From Eledone cirrhosa (lineage: Eukaryota), in NCBI GenBank assembly GCA_964016885.1, contig OZ024745.1:102858001-102922000 (forward strand): a DNA stretch of 64,000 nt, read 5' to 3'. This document shows, one piece after another, positions 10,771 to 25,083 of the stretch (position 1 is its first letter; every line of letters starts with the position of its first letter). Made by a program: the position numbers and the translations under genes. Under the pieces are notes generated by a model. The model searched no databases and had not been told where the DNA came from. It saw only the letters and a list, made by a program, of their open reading frames with translations.

Positions 10771-13700
10771 ATATTAAATAAAAACATGATTAAATGAATG
10801 GGAAAATAGTTTTAATTTAAGTTTTGAGAAATAGGTTAAGCTGAGTACTTTTCAATACCCCTTGTATGTCTCTTTGTCTGTGTGTGTGTGTGTCAACACC
10901 CCTTGTGTGTGTGTGTGCACATGCAAGTGTTTGTGTGAGATTATTTTATAATTCCTGTATAATAAACCATAAAATATATTTTCCAATGCAAAATAAGATG
11001 GAAAAAGTTGTCTACAGAAAATGAACCACATCTATAGTGGACAATTTCATAAATCATCATCCTAAGGTGACCTAACAAAATTCTCTCCATCAGATTTAGG
11101 GTATGTAAACAGACAAGCTGCAATTGTTTACCTCCACTAATATCTCTTGAGTTTCATTAGTTTGGAAGTAGCCATGTAACCATCATGTGTGTGTATGTTA
11201 GTAGTTCTATGTCTTTTATTAGGTTAAAAGTTGCTTATTTCACTAAATCTTTCATGATTCTTGATTATTTTGATAATTAAAACAGACAGACAGTATATTT
11301 GTGTTAGAAATATGGTTAAAAATGGATTAAACATGCAAGCAAGAAATAGATATAATTTCAACAGTAGACTTAGAAAACTATTAATATCTCAAAACTTTCG
11401 CAAATGATGTATGTATGATAGGTTCTTGGTGATTAATATTAATTTGATCTGAACAATATTGACAAGAATATCATTGATTACATAAAATTTTTCAATATTT
11501 GAGAAAAGGTTTGAGTTCAAATTCTACAGGGATTAAATCTGCTTTCCAAGATTTACAAAGCTCAATGAAATAAATAAATAAATGCCAGTCAAATGCTGAG
11601 GTTGATTTTGTCGACCATTTGCATTTTCTAAAATGCATGATCAGGTTTTCTTTTCTTTAGTCTGAGCAGTATGAATAACATTAAGTCTGTGTATATCCAG
11701 TGCTTTGTATTTGTATTTTATGCAGCATCATAATAAATATTGAATATTATTTAGGCATGTTTTTGTAGAGTTCTGTGATTTGTTTGCTGTAATATAATCA
11801 GTGGAGTATCTTGGGGCCAGAATTCTAGCTTGTTCTATGTACCATTGTAATGCATATGCAGTTGTTTCTGGTGTCTTGTGAGTGAATGTGATTTAAATGT
11901 AATCAGCATAAAGTAATTCAGGTATATGAGAAAGTTGTTGTATCAATAAAAGCTGAGAAGAGTTTATGAAAGCAAACATCCTCACAAGACACTCATTCAC
12001 GGGATTGTAGCCATGATGAATACTTAATCTTAGTATTAAGAAAGATGGTTTGCAAGTTATCATCTGGTGTTGTGGCATAAGGTATGCAGAATATGTTTTG
12101 GGTGATTAGTGAGTAATAATTGATTTGGATGGTGAATAATGAAGTGAAATACAAGGCTAAGATGCAAAGAAAAGCACAGAAACTGGTTATGTTAAGAATA
12201 TATCATTCTATGAGTTTGAATGGTTGCATGTGTCTAAGACTTTGCTTGGCTTTTAGCATTGCAATATCTCTTGGTTTTCATAATCTTGGAATATATTTGT
12301 GTTGGTAGGTATGATTAAATATGTTTTCATTCAGATTTCTTATGTTAAGTACTCTTATTCAGTACTCTTATGTTAAGATATAGCAAATTTTGGAAGAGTG
12401 TATATTGACTCCAGTATTTCAATGGTACATAATTTATCAACTTTTGGAAGGGTGAAAGGAAAACTTGGTTTTGGTGAGATTTGAACTTAAAATATAAAGA
12501 GATATAATACAATATTGTGTAGTATTTTGTCAATATCCCTGCTGATTCTGACATTCCACCATACTGAGTGGCCTTCTTTGTTTGTAGTGACCATGGGCTT
12601 TCTTTCCAAGATGTAAGCCCGGGTAAGGTGTTATACAAAGGAAATCAAATTCTGATGCAGCTTGACACCAGTGATGTTGCAAGCAAACTAAAGCAAAATG
12701 AAATGTCTTTCTGAAGGACACAATGCACCACCCAGTCTGGGAATCAAACCATCATCTTAAGATTGTGAGACTAACTCCCTAATTACTAGGTCATATTAAA
12801 ATTAACAGCATTGTTCCTCATAGTATAAACACCAAACACATCACTAACATCAGCCATAGCACCAATTCTCTATGCATTTCCCTAACCAGTTCCTCTTTCT
12901 TTGAGTAATGTTTTTTAATTACATTTGATAATTAAAAATTTCTTATCCATGTTTTATCCTTCGCCCTGCCCAATAAACTGTATTATTTAAAACTGAACAT
13001 CAATAATATCTAATTCCAAGCTAAAATATCCCACAGACTACTTCTTATTTACTATGACTAACAAATAATGATTTCCAGCATAAGCACAAAGCCAGAAATT
13101 TTGTGTTATAGTTTATTAAATCAAACTCATTATTTCATTGACTCCCTACAAGGATAAAAGGCAAAGTTGATCTATATAGCAGCCCCCTAACTTAAAAACA
13201 CTGATAATGTAGTCATAGATTGAAAAGAAAAAGATGATCAATGCTGAAATGCTTTTTGTTGTATGTTTTCAATCAAAGCTGAACTGGGGCCAAATATCAA
13301 CAATAATTAATATATAACAAAAACTTATCTTGTCTCTAACCCTTTTGTTGCCATATTTTTTATTTTGAAATTCACTGCTTAGAATTTTCAAATAATTTTG
13401 AAAATGATCAAGAATTTGAAGTGATATAACTAACTTTCTGTAATTTTTACAGCATAACTTAATAAAGGTTCTTTGTAGAATTTTGATGGAGGTTCTTTTG
13501 GATAAATCTAAACATTCTAAATGTATCATAGAAGCAGGTGCAATTTTAGGTGATTTGCTATCAAAAGTTTTAAATTTTCTTTGCAGTCATTCTTTGGTTC
13601 TTCTTACTATTAATCAAAGAATTTAAGCAGAAAGGTCATAGTTGAAAAAGCTACTCAAGGAATAATATTTCACTGAGAATTAATTTAATATTTGCTCAGA

Positions 13701-15104
13701 GAATGAAGGGAGATGACATGACTTTTCTATAGAAACTGAATGATTGGACTTGTAAAGGTAATAATTAAACCATGGGAATGATTTAATCATTAATGCTTAC
13801 AACAGATTGGATTCTGCTTATTGTGTCAAAGAGCAAGGTGGTGATGTTAAGCCAGATGATGGATTAAGTGTCTCACTAGTACAATCCATCTCATAGACTT
13901 TTGCACAGTTTCTGTCTCCTGAATTTCACTCACAAGGCTTGGGTTGATCACAAGCTAAGGTAGAAAACACTTTCCCAAGACGCTACATAGTAGAATGGTA
14001 TGTAGAATCACATAATAGGGAAGTAACCTTCTGAACTACATTAACTACAGTAACTATAGCTATTTTCACTAAGTTTTCATTGGATTCTCCTGTTATACAG
14101 ATTGCAAGATCTGAGCCAACTGGGAGTACTTAAAAATAATAGCATTTTCAGAATCTGATGCCTCTATAATAACTTTATATAAAACTTCATGGTGTTCTTG
14201 TCAATCCTGTCATACCTGTCATATTTCTCATTTAAGGTTCTAAAAGTGATATTTCTCTCTCTCTCTCCATAAATATAACCTTTTCACATTCGCAATACCT
14301 AAGAAATTTTTTTTTTTCTATTAGTTCCATGCCACAAGTAAAATTGTTAAATAACTATTTTATTTCCTTTAAAATATTTCATTTCAAACTGTTTTCAGCA
14401 ACAGAGTATGTAAAAGGTTACATAGTTTTCCCTCATTCGTTTTCATTATCAAGTAGAAATTCTCTGGAGTTTCTAAGTAGAAATTGATAATTTGATGTTA
14501 CCTACCTTCTAAAATGTCGAAAAAATAACCAAAATCAATTAAAATAAATTACTAGAAAGCATCTTGTCACATTTATAAACATAATTTTGAAAAGCATGTA
14601 TGTGTTGGCTGTTGTTTCTAGTAGAGCGAATGAGCCATAGACATGATAAATCTGGAACTCATTCGGTTTGATATATTTTGTTTTCAGTTAAAGGGGGAGC
14701 CACTGCATGGTTGCTGAATATTTTAGAAATAGCTGCCTAATCACATTCTGTTGTGTTTGTAAGAGTATATCTTAAATTACATTATTCAGTGTCACTTTAA
14801 GACTATAGTGTGTTATTTGGCTGCTATTTCTAACAAATTCAGTGAGTATAGAGAGGGTTCACCTTTGTGTGTATGTATATTTATTTTTACTCACTTATAA
14901 TACAATAGAAGTAAGAAATACATTAAGCTTGACTTCACAAACATTATATAAACATAGACATTTCTTCAAATTATAGACATTTTGTAAATAAACATACTTT
15001 TGTCCCTGTACTAAACTGTTGTTCAGATTTGATCCTGGTTTTGATTTTATTTCATGTATTATTGCATAGACATGAAGTAAAATACTTAGAGGGATGGATT
15101 TATA

Positions 15105-17880
15105 TCATCATCATCATTTAACGTCTATCTTCCACGCTAGCATGGGTTTAGACGGGAGTTGTCCCACTTGAGACAAGATTGGTTTTCTCACTCTTATAGG
15201 ACTGTCTGGCAGGTTTTCTACGGCTGGATGCCCTTCCTAACACCAACCACATTTACAGTGTGGACTGGGAGGTTTTTACTGTGTTACCTACAAGGCCACA
15301 TTACAGCGTGGACTGTGTGTTTTTTTGCCGTAACACCTACACGACCTCATTTATTTAGGACTGGATGTTGTGGTACCAACATAACTTTACAGAGAAAGGG
15401 GTGGTGTTGATGGGGGTGGGAGGATACGGTAGTGGGATGGGGGTGTATATTTGGTTAAGAAGAGGTGCCTACTGACTGTAGGTTTCGCTTTGTACATAGG
15501 CAAAGCGGGTCTTCTGTATTACTGCGTAGCGCCAGAGATCTCGGTCCAGTGCCATTGTCTTAGAGAGGTGTAAGTGCGTAAGATCAGAATTTATCAGATC
15601 GTCCCAGGTTTTTCTGGGTCTGCCTACTCCGTAATTTCCATCAATTTTGATCGCCCTGCACTTTTTTATACAGCTGTCGTCTTTCATGCACATCACGTGA
15701 CCATACCAGCGTAGTCTTCTCTTAAGTAAACAGCATCTGATCCCTCTTATTCCTAATTTCTCACTTAGTTCATTTATGCTTTGCTGTTTTCGTATATTAC
15801 TATTTCACATCCATCGGAGCATGCAAGCTTCGTTCTTCTCCAGTCTGTGCAGATCCTCTGTACACAATGCCCATGTCTCACTGCCATGTAACATTGCTGT
15901 TCGTATGAAGACATCATACAGTCTGCCTTTCATTTTTAGAGAGAAACCTTTGGCGGCCAATAGTGGTATAAGCTCTCTGAACTTTTTCCATCCCGTTCTG
16001 ACTCTGGCTACTGTACTTTCAGAACACCCTCCACCACTGCTGATTTTGTCACCCAGTTAACGGAAAGTGTCTACTATTTCTATAGAACCATCTGGGCAAT
16101 AGAGGGAGCTAGTATCCTGTGAACACTTGCTACTTATTGCACCTGAGATCAGCCACATATAAAGTCTACGTTCTTAGATAGTTTACCTGTGATCCCACTA
16201 CATCTTTTATGTGCCCATACTTTGCATTTGGGACATAAAATTGAATTTCTGCCTACTCCTTTCCTACACACTGAGCATGGACATTTCCCTGTGGGTACCT
16301 GTGCCTTATTTTCTTTTCTACAAACTAGGACTTTAGTCTTAGACAAGTTAACTTTAAGGCCTTTTGATTCTAGGCCATGCTTCCATGTTTGGAATTTCTT
16401 CTCTAGTTCAGCCATCGATTCAGCTATGAGCGTTAGATCATCTGCATATAGAAGTTCCCAAGGGCAGCCAGTCTTGTACTCCTCTGTTATAGCCTGAAGG
16501 GCAATAATAAATAGGAGGTGGCTAAGGACAGAGCCCTAATGAACACCAACTTTTACACTAAATTCTTCACTATATTCGTTGTTAATTCTAACCTTGCTGA
16601 TTGTTTCTTTATACATCGCTTGTATAGCTCTCACAAGCCATTCATCCACACCTAGTTTTCTAAGAGCCCACCAGATAATGGAGCGGGGGACTCTGTCAAA
16701 GGCTTTCTCCAAGTCAACAAAAGCTAAGTATAGGGGTTTACTTTTAGCTAGGTACTTCTCCTGTAGTTGTCGTACAAGGAAAAGAGCGTCTGAGGTACTT
16801 TTACCTGACACAAACCCAAACTGAATTTCATCTAGATCAATTCGCTCTCTGATTAGTTGCGCTATAACTCTTTCTGTGACCTTCATGACCTGATCAATTA
16901 ATTTAATGCCCCTATAGTTTCCCATATCTAGGGCATCTCCTTTACCCTTGTAGCAGTTAATGATGATGTTGCTATGCCAGTCGTTTGGCATGACCCCATT
17001 CTGTATGACTTGGTTTACTATCCGAGTGACCATAGTGTGTCCCTCCGATCCAGATGCTTTCAGCATTTCAGCGACTATCTCCAAAGGCCCAGCTGCTTTG
17101 CCTGTCTTCATATATGTGATTGCCTTACTTATTATACTACCTTCAACTTGCACTGCTGGTCCCTCTATTGGATCGATTTGGGGTAGACTATCTTTTTCCC
17201 ATTTATTCTCCTCATTTAGTAGCCTCTTGTAGTGACACTTCCAAGCTACCTTCTTATCAGCATCAGTGATGGCGAGTACACCATCATCATTACAGACACA
17301 CTTCCCTTGATCAAGTGACTGTCTCGTTTTTTGAAGTTTGTGTTACAGATAGTTAGGTTATCAGTGTCACAGAATTCCAGAATTCTGAAACCTTCCTCAT
17401 TTCTAGTACCAAACCCATAGCCTCCATGGATTCCGTCATAGCCGTCATTATGTTGTCCAACATGACCATTTAGGTCACCAGCAATAATTATGTAGTTACT
17501 GTCGGTTATTTGGGAGGTAGTGAACATTAGCGACTCATAGAATCTGTCTTTTATAACGCCAGGCAGTCCAGATTGGGGTGCATAAGCGGATATTATTGTC
17601 ACAGTAGTTTTATTTAGGATGAGTCTTATTTTAATTATTCTGTTGTTCACTCTATTCACGTCAATTACCTTATCTACCCAATTTTTCTGCTAACATAACT
17701 CCTACTCCACCCAACCCATTGTAATTTCCCACCCAGAAAAGTTTATAGCATCGTTTTTTACCCACAATGAATCTAGCAGACCCACCCCTACACCTAGTCT
17801 CTTGAACACAGCAAACATCCACTTCCTTACGTTCAAGCATCTCTACAACCTCGTTTGAGCGGCCTTTTAAAGTGCCTACA
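15105..17880 (-). mobile_element. RTE-clade LINE, degraded, with long module-containing 3'UTR
   Basis: APE motifs (VGTLKGRS..CVQETR, AYAPQ, GDLNGHVG), RT (QFGF, FVDLEKAFDRVP, GVH, LLYADDL), PHD-like finger and RDLWRYAV. Internal deletion near 17308. The 3'UTR ends in a stem-loop plus (TGA)n at ~15105. Confidence 0.92.
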
Positions 17881-18049
17881 TATATATATATATGTGTGAG
17901 AGTGAGAGGGAGGGGGGGGGGGGTAAACCACACTCTTGAAAAAGCTTGCTGAATACACAAGCTGAAACTGGCTAGCACCATGGTCGGGATTTTATATATC
18001 TCTATTCTCACTCTGCATCTCCACATGCATCAAGTACTCCCATGATTAG

Positions 18050-18480
18050 TGGTTTCCTTGGTGTCTAAGTTTGATGATTTTGTCATTTATTCTAACTAGC
18101 TCTATCACCTTATCTATCCATTTCTCAGTAGTAGGCTGCCTACACCTCCTACCCCATTGTCATTTCCTACCCAGTAGAGTTTATATCTAAGCTGCTTGCC
18201 TGTGTGAAGTCTTGCTGAGGTACCCCCTCCATCTCACTTGTACACAGCATACATCTGCTCTGCTTCTCTCTAAAGTTCCACAATTTCACCTGATTTGCCT
18301 TTCTAGTTACCAACATTGGGGACAGCAGTCTTGAGATTTGTACCTTGATAGCTGTTACTTCCTTGGTTAGTTGTTCTATGTACATGAAAGGCATATTGCT
18401 TGATGACGGTCAAGCGATTCTCTTGCATGGCTACTCTAGCTACCCCACTACCGTATGCAGCACTAACATGACTATATCTA
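18050..18480 (-). mobile_element. Old RTE 5' (endonuclease) fragment
   Basis: Homologous to 43500-43980 (GACCGTCATCAAGCAAT, GTGAGATGGAGG, TGGATAGATAAGGTGATAGAG) but disrupted. Confidence 0.6.
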
Positions 18481-18515
18481 CACTATGTATACACACATAC
18501 ACTCTCTCTCTCTGT

Positions 18516-18570
<55 letters not shown>

Positions 18571-19051
18571 TTTTTTGTATAACTATTATGATTTGATAAG
18601 ATTTATGTTGATAATAAATGTTTGCTTTTATAATTTGGTATCTCAAACATATCTGAAAATTTAGAAAAAACTATAGAAATGTAATGTGAAATTGCTATTA
18701 AGTTAAGCATTGCTAAACATTAAAAAAACAATATCAAAGTACAAAAAAGAATTGTGAATAAGTTTATATTTTTTTGGTTATTAATATTGTTTTTACATCA
18801 GTTAACCAGTTATTAAGAATGTTATGTCTTTAATTTAGAGATAAATAACCTTTGGTTGTATCTAGTTCAGGACTATGTATACATCAAGGAATAAGATCAA
18901 ACCAATTATACATAGTGTAGATATAAATATTGTAAATATAAACTGTAATTAAAAAAGCCTGGAGTATTTTAATCTTATTTACAATTCATGTTGAACATTT
19001 AATCTTAAATAAGCTTCATTGACTCTTCTCTTTATTATTATTTTCATCATG

Positions 19052-19240
19052 TAGATTGGCAGTATTAGTAGAGCGTCAGACACCATGCTTTGCAGCATAG
19101 AGTTAAGGCCCTTTACATTCTGAGTTCAAATCCTGCCAAGGTTTCATCCTTACAGGGTCGATAAAATAAAGCATTAGTAATGAACTGGGGGGGGGGGGGG
19201 TAATTGCTGGCCTTGTGCCAAAAGTAGAAACAATTATTAT
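19052..19240 (+). mobile_element. SINE family B (tRNA-like head, (ATT)n tail)
   Basis: GATTGGCAGTATT..GAGTTCAAATCC (B-box-like)..TTTCATCCTTACAGGGTCGATAAAATAAAG..GGCCTTGTGCCAAAAGTAGAAACAATTATT. Many copies occur in the window. Confidence 0.85.
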
Positions 19241-19324
19241 TTTCATCATGTTGAAAGTATTATTTTAATTTTCAACAGTTTCATTGTCATATTTTTTACA
19301 ATTGTTTATTTCTTTTCTTTCCAG

Positions 19325-21438
19325 CTATCCTTTTGATAATAATATTTTGTCAAACAATTGCTGAACCAATGGTTAAGCCACTATCATTAGGCTTCCTTGT
19401 CCAACGAAGGAATAACTCCATACAAAGTCATTCTACAGACTATACTCAATCACAAGCTAACAGGGATGGTCAGCTTACGAAAGATACGGTGTCATTAAAG
19501 ACTGACAAGTTTGATTTTAAGAGAACAACAAACAGCCTTAATATGACACAATTTAAAAAATCTAGGCTATGGTCAAGTAATGTCAATTCAAACAAAACAA
19601 ATCCAACACCTACAACTCAATCTTCTTATATAAAACGTCATCATCCCCAAGATAACGAAGACAAATCTATTTCAAAAGATTTTAATCATGTCCATACAAC
19701 AATGCATTCATATTCTATTCCACCAAGACTGAAAGGTTCTAGTACAAAAGCTGTAGACTTTGCAAGTAAGTCTTCTTACGAGCAGCAAACAGCTGAAGAT
19801 AGACAACAGAAAGAAAATACTAATATTGTACTTACAAAGCCAACAAGACATAACATACATGTGAATGGGACTCATCCAAGTAGTAATCAAAAACTCCTCA
19901 CCACACTGATGTCCATTAAAAATAACAAAATCCGGCCAAAATTTTCCAAATTATCAAACATATCAAAAACATCGTGGAACAATATTTCACAAAATGTTCC
20001 CTCTACAACTAAAAGTGTAACAGATGTTCATAAGAAACCATCTTCCACAAAAAAGCTGTTTAGAATAGTTACCTCCCCTATTGTACATTCATCTACAGTC
20101 TGCTTTCACTGTATATCTGAACAAAATACTACTCATGTTCATAAAACTAGTAGAAGTGTATTTCCTATCAAAGACCACTTGACAACAGAACAAAAAGACC
20201 CGAAACAATTACTATCTACTGTATTAGGAAAGGTTAAATTTTCAACAATAGATAAAAAGAAGGAAGGCCCTAAATTTCCTTATAGTAAAACGACATTAGC
20301 AGAAATCACTAGCACTTCATTAAATCATAGCTTCAAACACAAATCAACTTTTCTTCCAACCAAAAATTTGGATCAATCTAAACATATTTCCTCATTTCCA
20401 TCTTCATCAATTCCATCCTTCCATTCTACATATTTCACATTTTTAAAAAGTCAGCCTACACCAAAACCTCAACGAACAACTACATATAAAAACAAAAACA
20501 TTACTCATAATACTAAAGGTAAATTTACTCGTAACTCATTAGCAACGACAAAAAGGGTTGATACAACAGTGACAAATGAAACAGATATACACACTACTAA
20601 GATTGTTGCTACACTTCCCCATTCAACAGTTAGTTCAGTAGCAAAACCCTATACAACAACAATTCTAATGACTAGCATATTTTTAAAGACAAACAGTGCA
20701 CCAAAGTATACTAGTAGCTCCAGAACTACAACTTTCATTCCCACTCCATCTGCAGCAACTCCTTCTACTAGAAAAATTATTATTCCTGCTTCTAGTACCA
20801 CTGACATTAATAAATCTAATGGTACAGCTTCTGTTCCTGCTAAGGCTACAAAAACTCTAACCATAGCAGCAAAAGCAATAATTTCAACCACCACTACTAC
20901 TACAACTACTACTACAACAGCCATGACTAGCACACCAACTTCTTATAAACCCACATCTACATCTGTTGCATCATCAACTTCCCCACCTCTTCCATTTCCA
21001 GAGACAACGACATTTCCATTCACATCAACTGGGAAGAGATTAGGAACAACACATATTCCAGTGTTGGTCTTGAGCACAGTGTTGGTGCCATTCACCACAA
21101 GGAGACCTGCTATAACATCATACATCATAGTTCGTGTAACTACCTCCTGGTATCAGTTCTGCCAAAACAGAACTGATTTTTGTCAAGAAATATCACAAAT
21201 TTTAGAAGAAGGTTTCAAAACTCCTTTTAATTCTAGTCATATCTCTGTTATCAATGCTGAATTCTTCAAATGCCTGGATCTTACTTCTGTTCCTAATATA
21301 AACAATGAAAGTGTCATTGATATCAAGTTGTATGTGTTAAACTCTAAAGGGGAGTACGACCGAAATCTCACAGAAACAAGCTGTAATTTCATTTCTGTAA
21401 GATTTGGTACAAACCCAAAGTCACGGTTTTATAATATG
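19325..21438 (+). CDS. Receptor-type protein tyrosine phosphatase, large extracellular exon (signal-peptide end, Thr/Ser/Lys-rich mucin-like stalk, Cys-containing SEA-like module)
   Basis: Polypyrimidine tract plus CAG acceptor at 19324 (phase 1). A 2.1 kb stop-free frame begins xILLIIIFCQTIA-EP. Donor ATG|GTAAGT at 21438/9 (phase 0) joins in frame to 34841. Confidence 0.88.
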
Positions 21439-21562
21439 GTAAGTTTTAATTTAATGTATTGTTTATAAAATGGTAAGTTTTAATTTAATCTATTGTTTTT
21501 AATATGGTAAGTTTTAATTTGATCTATTGTTTATAATATGGTAAGTTTTAATATTGTTTATA
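21427..21562 (+). repeat. Four-copy 34-bp tandem repeat containing the splice donor
   Basis: ATG|GTAAGTTTTAAT recurs with GT at 21439, 21473, 21507 and 21541. Confidence 0.9.
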
Positions 21563-21975
21563 TTCTTTCTTTTATAAAAAAAAAGATAAGTTTTTCAAAG
21601 ATTTTCCTTTTTTTTTTTTTGTATGTGTAAAAATAATGGTAAGCATATCTAATGAAGGACTAAAAAATAATCTTTCTGATATTAATGATGATGTAACATT
21701 AACTGTCCATCGACACTGCTCTATATGCCAATCAAAAAGAGCTTTAAGAGTAAAATTCTTATCAATATTATTTAGCTTTGCATCCAAAATAACATTATCA
21801 TATAGAAGAGAAGCAACATTTATTATAGAAATGTATAAGAACTTCTTTATTTCACTTTAAAACCTTAAAAAAACAATTTCAAATCATGTAAGGAAGACAT
21901 ATTGTATCAGCAATATAGTTATTCAAAGCAAACGATTGTACATTTTATATTTCATGGTATTCTAAATGAACCTTT

Positions 21976-22185
21976 AGATTGGCAGTATTAGTAGAGCATA
22001 ATGCTTTGTGGCATGGAGTTATGGCCCTTTACGTTTTGAGTTCAAATCCCGCCAAGGTTAGCTTAGCCTTTCAACTTTATTGGGTTGGAAAAATAAAGCA
22101 CCAATAACGCACTGGAGTCAATTTAATCGACATTACCCTCCCCTTCAAATTGCTGGCCTTGTGCCTAAATTAGAAACAATTATTA
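21976..22185 (+). mobile_element. SINE family B
   Basis: Same head, GAGTTCAAATCCCGCC box and GGCCTTGTGCCTAAATTAGAAACAATTATT tail as 19052-19240. Confidence 0.8.
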
Positions 22186-24234
22186 AACAAAAATCTCATA
22201 ATACGGAACTGGAATACTTGGAAATTATTTTGTTTTAATGATCCATTTCTAATGATTTCTTTTCTTGTTTTCTTCCTTAACTGTAATTCCAACACTGTAA
22301 TTGTATTTGAGAGACCAACAGTATATGTCTTCATATTCATCCTTGCTCTTCAGTTAACGTTTCATTAAATTTTGTGTTTGGGTTAATAAAAGATATACTT
22401 TATTCCTTCATTATATCTGAGGAGCAAACTTCATCTTTGTTCACAATGATAAGAGGTGTTAATTTACTCATATCATTATTGTTATATGTTTTTCTCCCAC
22501 CATTATTCAGAATTTAATATCAAGAACAACATACAAATGTCATTTTAAAACAATAAGATAACAGTGATTTTTGTTTTATCTAAATAGGCTTACAGCCTTA
22601 CTAAGAGAAATAAAGAATAGTCCATTAAATTTAAACCAGTATATAACTGACATTTATTTTGTTAATGTTAGAAGTATGAAACACAAGCCAATCACAATGA
22701 TTTTTCATTGAACAGGTTACTAAAATAATCTAATGCAATTTACTACTTATCTGCTCCAAAATTATTGCATTAGATAACCCTGTCTTCATCTCATTGCATT
22801 GAAATCCAGATTTTCAGTTGAATCCATAAAATAAGAATATTAAAGTTAAAATGCTTTGAAAATGTTTTCAAAATATGTAAAATGATTTTGTTTAATGAAA
22901 TTTGAAGACTACAATTTATTTCATTATCTAATCTTACTCTCTAAATCAAATTGAAATATAGCTGAAATTTAATATTCACTTGGTCTACAAAGTTTTTCCA
23001 TTTAAAACCTGAAGCAGAGTTTCTAATGGGTTATATGTTTATTCTATTTCACTTATTTAGACATTTTCCTTACATTGTGTAAACGAATGGGAGTCTCTGA
23101 GCTAGGAATCGTGTAATTCAAACAGAAACCTTGGCAATCTGAAATGTAATAAATCAACTAATTCTAAAAGTGCCTCAAATTGCTTCATACAAAGCCATAA
23201 AACAATCTGTCACTTGCATGTTATATTGTATTAGAATCAGATGACTGCTTATCTAATTAAATATCATATGAATTGACGTTTAATGTGCTGAAATATATTC
23301 TATTTATGCCTTTCTCTTGCTTTCACATGATTTTCTACTTTTACTCCTTCCTCCTGGTGGTAAATCTTCAAGAGTCCAGCATGATATCTCCCCACTACCC
23401 ACACCACAATCAGTATTTGAAGGTCATTTGTAATTTACACAGGTCATTAATCTCAAGTTAATCGCTGAGAAGATTATGGTTTAACCTTAGAAGAAATTGG
23501 TTTTGTTCCACCAGTTGAGAGAACACCCGATGTATCAAGTTACATAAACACATAGACAGACACATTTCATGCTTCTCTGATGGAGATTAATGCATTTTCA
23601 TGTTACATATTCCATTTCAAGTATAAACGTTGCTTGATTATTACTCATGCAAGCCCAATATGCATACATAAATATTGCAGACACACTCACATAACAAATA
23701 CTTTCAACACACAGACATAAATAGAAAAGCATTATAAACATGTATATATACAGTTTATATACAGTAAGTTAGAGAAATAATAGGGAAATAAGTAAATGAT
23801 AAATTATCAAAGCAGATACCTCTACATGTAAGTATGTAACAATACATGTCTATCAAATATATTTTTCAAATATAGTTAATATCATCAGTAGAAAAAAATG
23901 GTGTCTAGAAGATTTAGTTTTCAGACATTAAGTAGGTGAGAGAAAGCTTGCCCTTTGAAAGAATACTAGCTACTCAAGGATTGAATCCAACAGTGTAAAC
24001 CAACAAAACATTCTTGAGTCAATGATTTATAGCAATGGATTGTACCTTTCTAAGGCACTTGTTTGTGAGTAATTGAGAATAAAATATCTTTGATAGAGAC
24101 AAAGGAAAACACTAGTAACAAGATGCAGATCTTTGAATGATTCTTCTAATATACGGGCACATATATAACTTATCTCCCCTATATTTAGATCCACAATCCT
24201 TAGTACTTATATACACTTATACTCACAGTCTTCA

Positions 24235-24565
24235 TCATCAATTTCTTTTATCATTTAATGTCCCTTGTTCCATCGGTTGGATGGGTCGTTTTCAACATAA
24301 CAATTCTTCACTTATTGCGTTCCTTTGACATCTATCTCTTCCATGAGATTTAGTCATTTGAAATCATCTCTCACCACTTCCATCCAGGTCTTCCTTGGTC
24401 TTCCTATACTTGCAGCTTTTCCCATTGGGATTAATTAACACTTCTTCACCCAGCGATCATCATCCATGTGCATTACATGTTCGTAACAATGCAGTCTCCT
24501 CTCCTGCACATTACTCCTGATCCTTCTTATAGTTTCTTCCTCAATTCATCCATGCTTTCTCATAT
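24235..24565 (-). mobile_element. Degraded RTE 3' fragment
   Basis: The reverse complement encodes VQERRLHC..HVMHMDDDRWVKKC..GRPRKTWME. Confidence 0.7.
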
Positions 24566-24669
24566 TAACATATATGTGTGTGTGTGTGAGTCAATACATA
24601 CTTATAGACACAATCATTAATGTTTGTATACATTGTATATATTAGCAAACTTTAATTCTTATATATATT

Positions 24670-24840
24670 AGGCATAGCCATAGCTGGGTTGTTAAAAAGC
24701 TCACTTCAAAACCACATGGTTTGAGGTCTAGTTCCACTGGGTGGCACTTGAGAGCAAATGTCTTCTACTATAGTTTCAGGTCGACCAATCCCTATGAGTG
24801 AATTTGGTAGACAGAAACTGTGCCAAAGCCCATCATATGT
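24670..24840 (+). mobile_element. SINE family C (tRNA-headed, CORE-like; old)
   Basis: GGC..GCTG..CCACATGGTT..GTTCCACTG..GCAAATGTCTTCTACTATAG..GAGTGAATTTGGTAGACAGAAACTG. Related - strand copies at ~13900, 26020, 31120, 31485, 37530 and 41470. Confidence 0.65.
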
Positions 24841-24959
24841 GTCAGTTGCTGAAAGAATCGTAATCACACTATTTATAATTAGAAAATTAATACTATATAT
24901 GCTTATGGTAATATTTTTTAACACTTATCTATATAATGTTATATATGTGATTGTCTTAG

Positions 24960-25012
<53 letters not shown>

Positions 25013-25083
25013 GAGAGAGAGAGAGAGAGCAGGCTTTGTTTATGAAATGGCGAGCAAAGTTTGAAATAAGGTAGAATCATGTG

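Noticed and set aside
10130-10777. Repetitive ORFs (CHTVN/MSYSQ/VIQS)
   Set aside because: They are translations of a minisatellite in several frames.
9420-19320. First (ATG/signal peptide) exon of the PTP gene
   Set aside because: No candidate with a convincing ATG, hydrophobic start and phase-1 donor could be identified by eye. It may lie outside the window.
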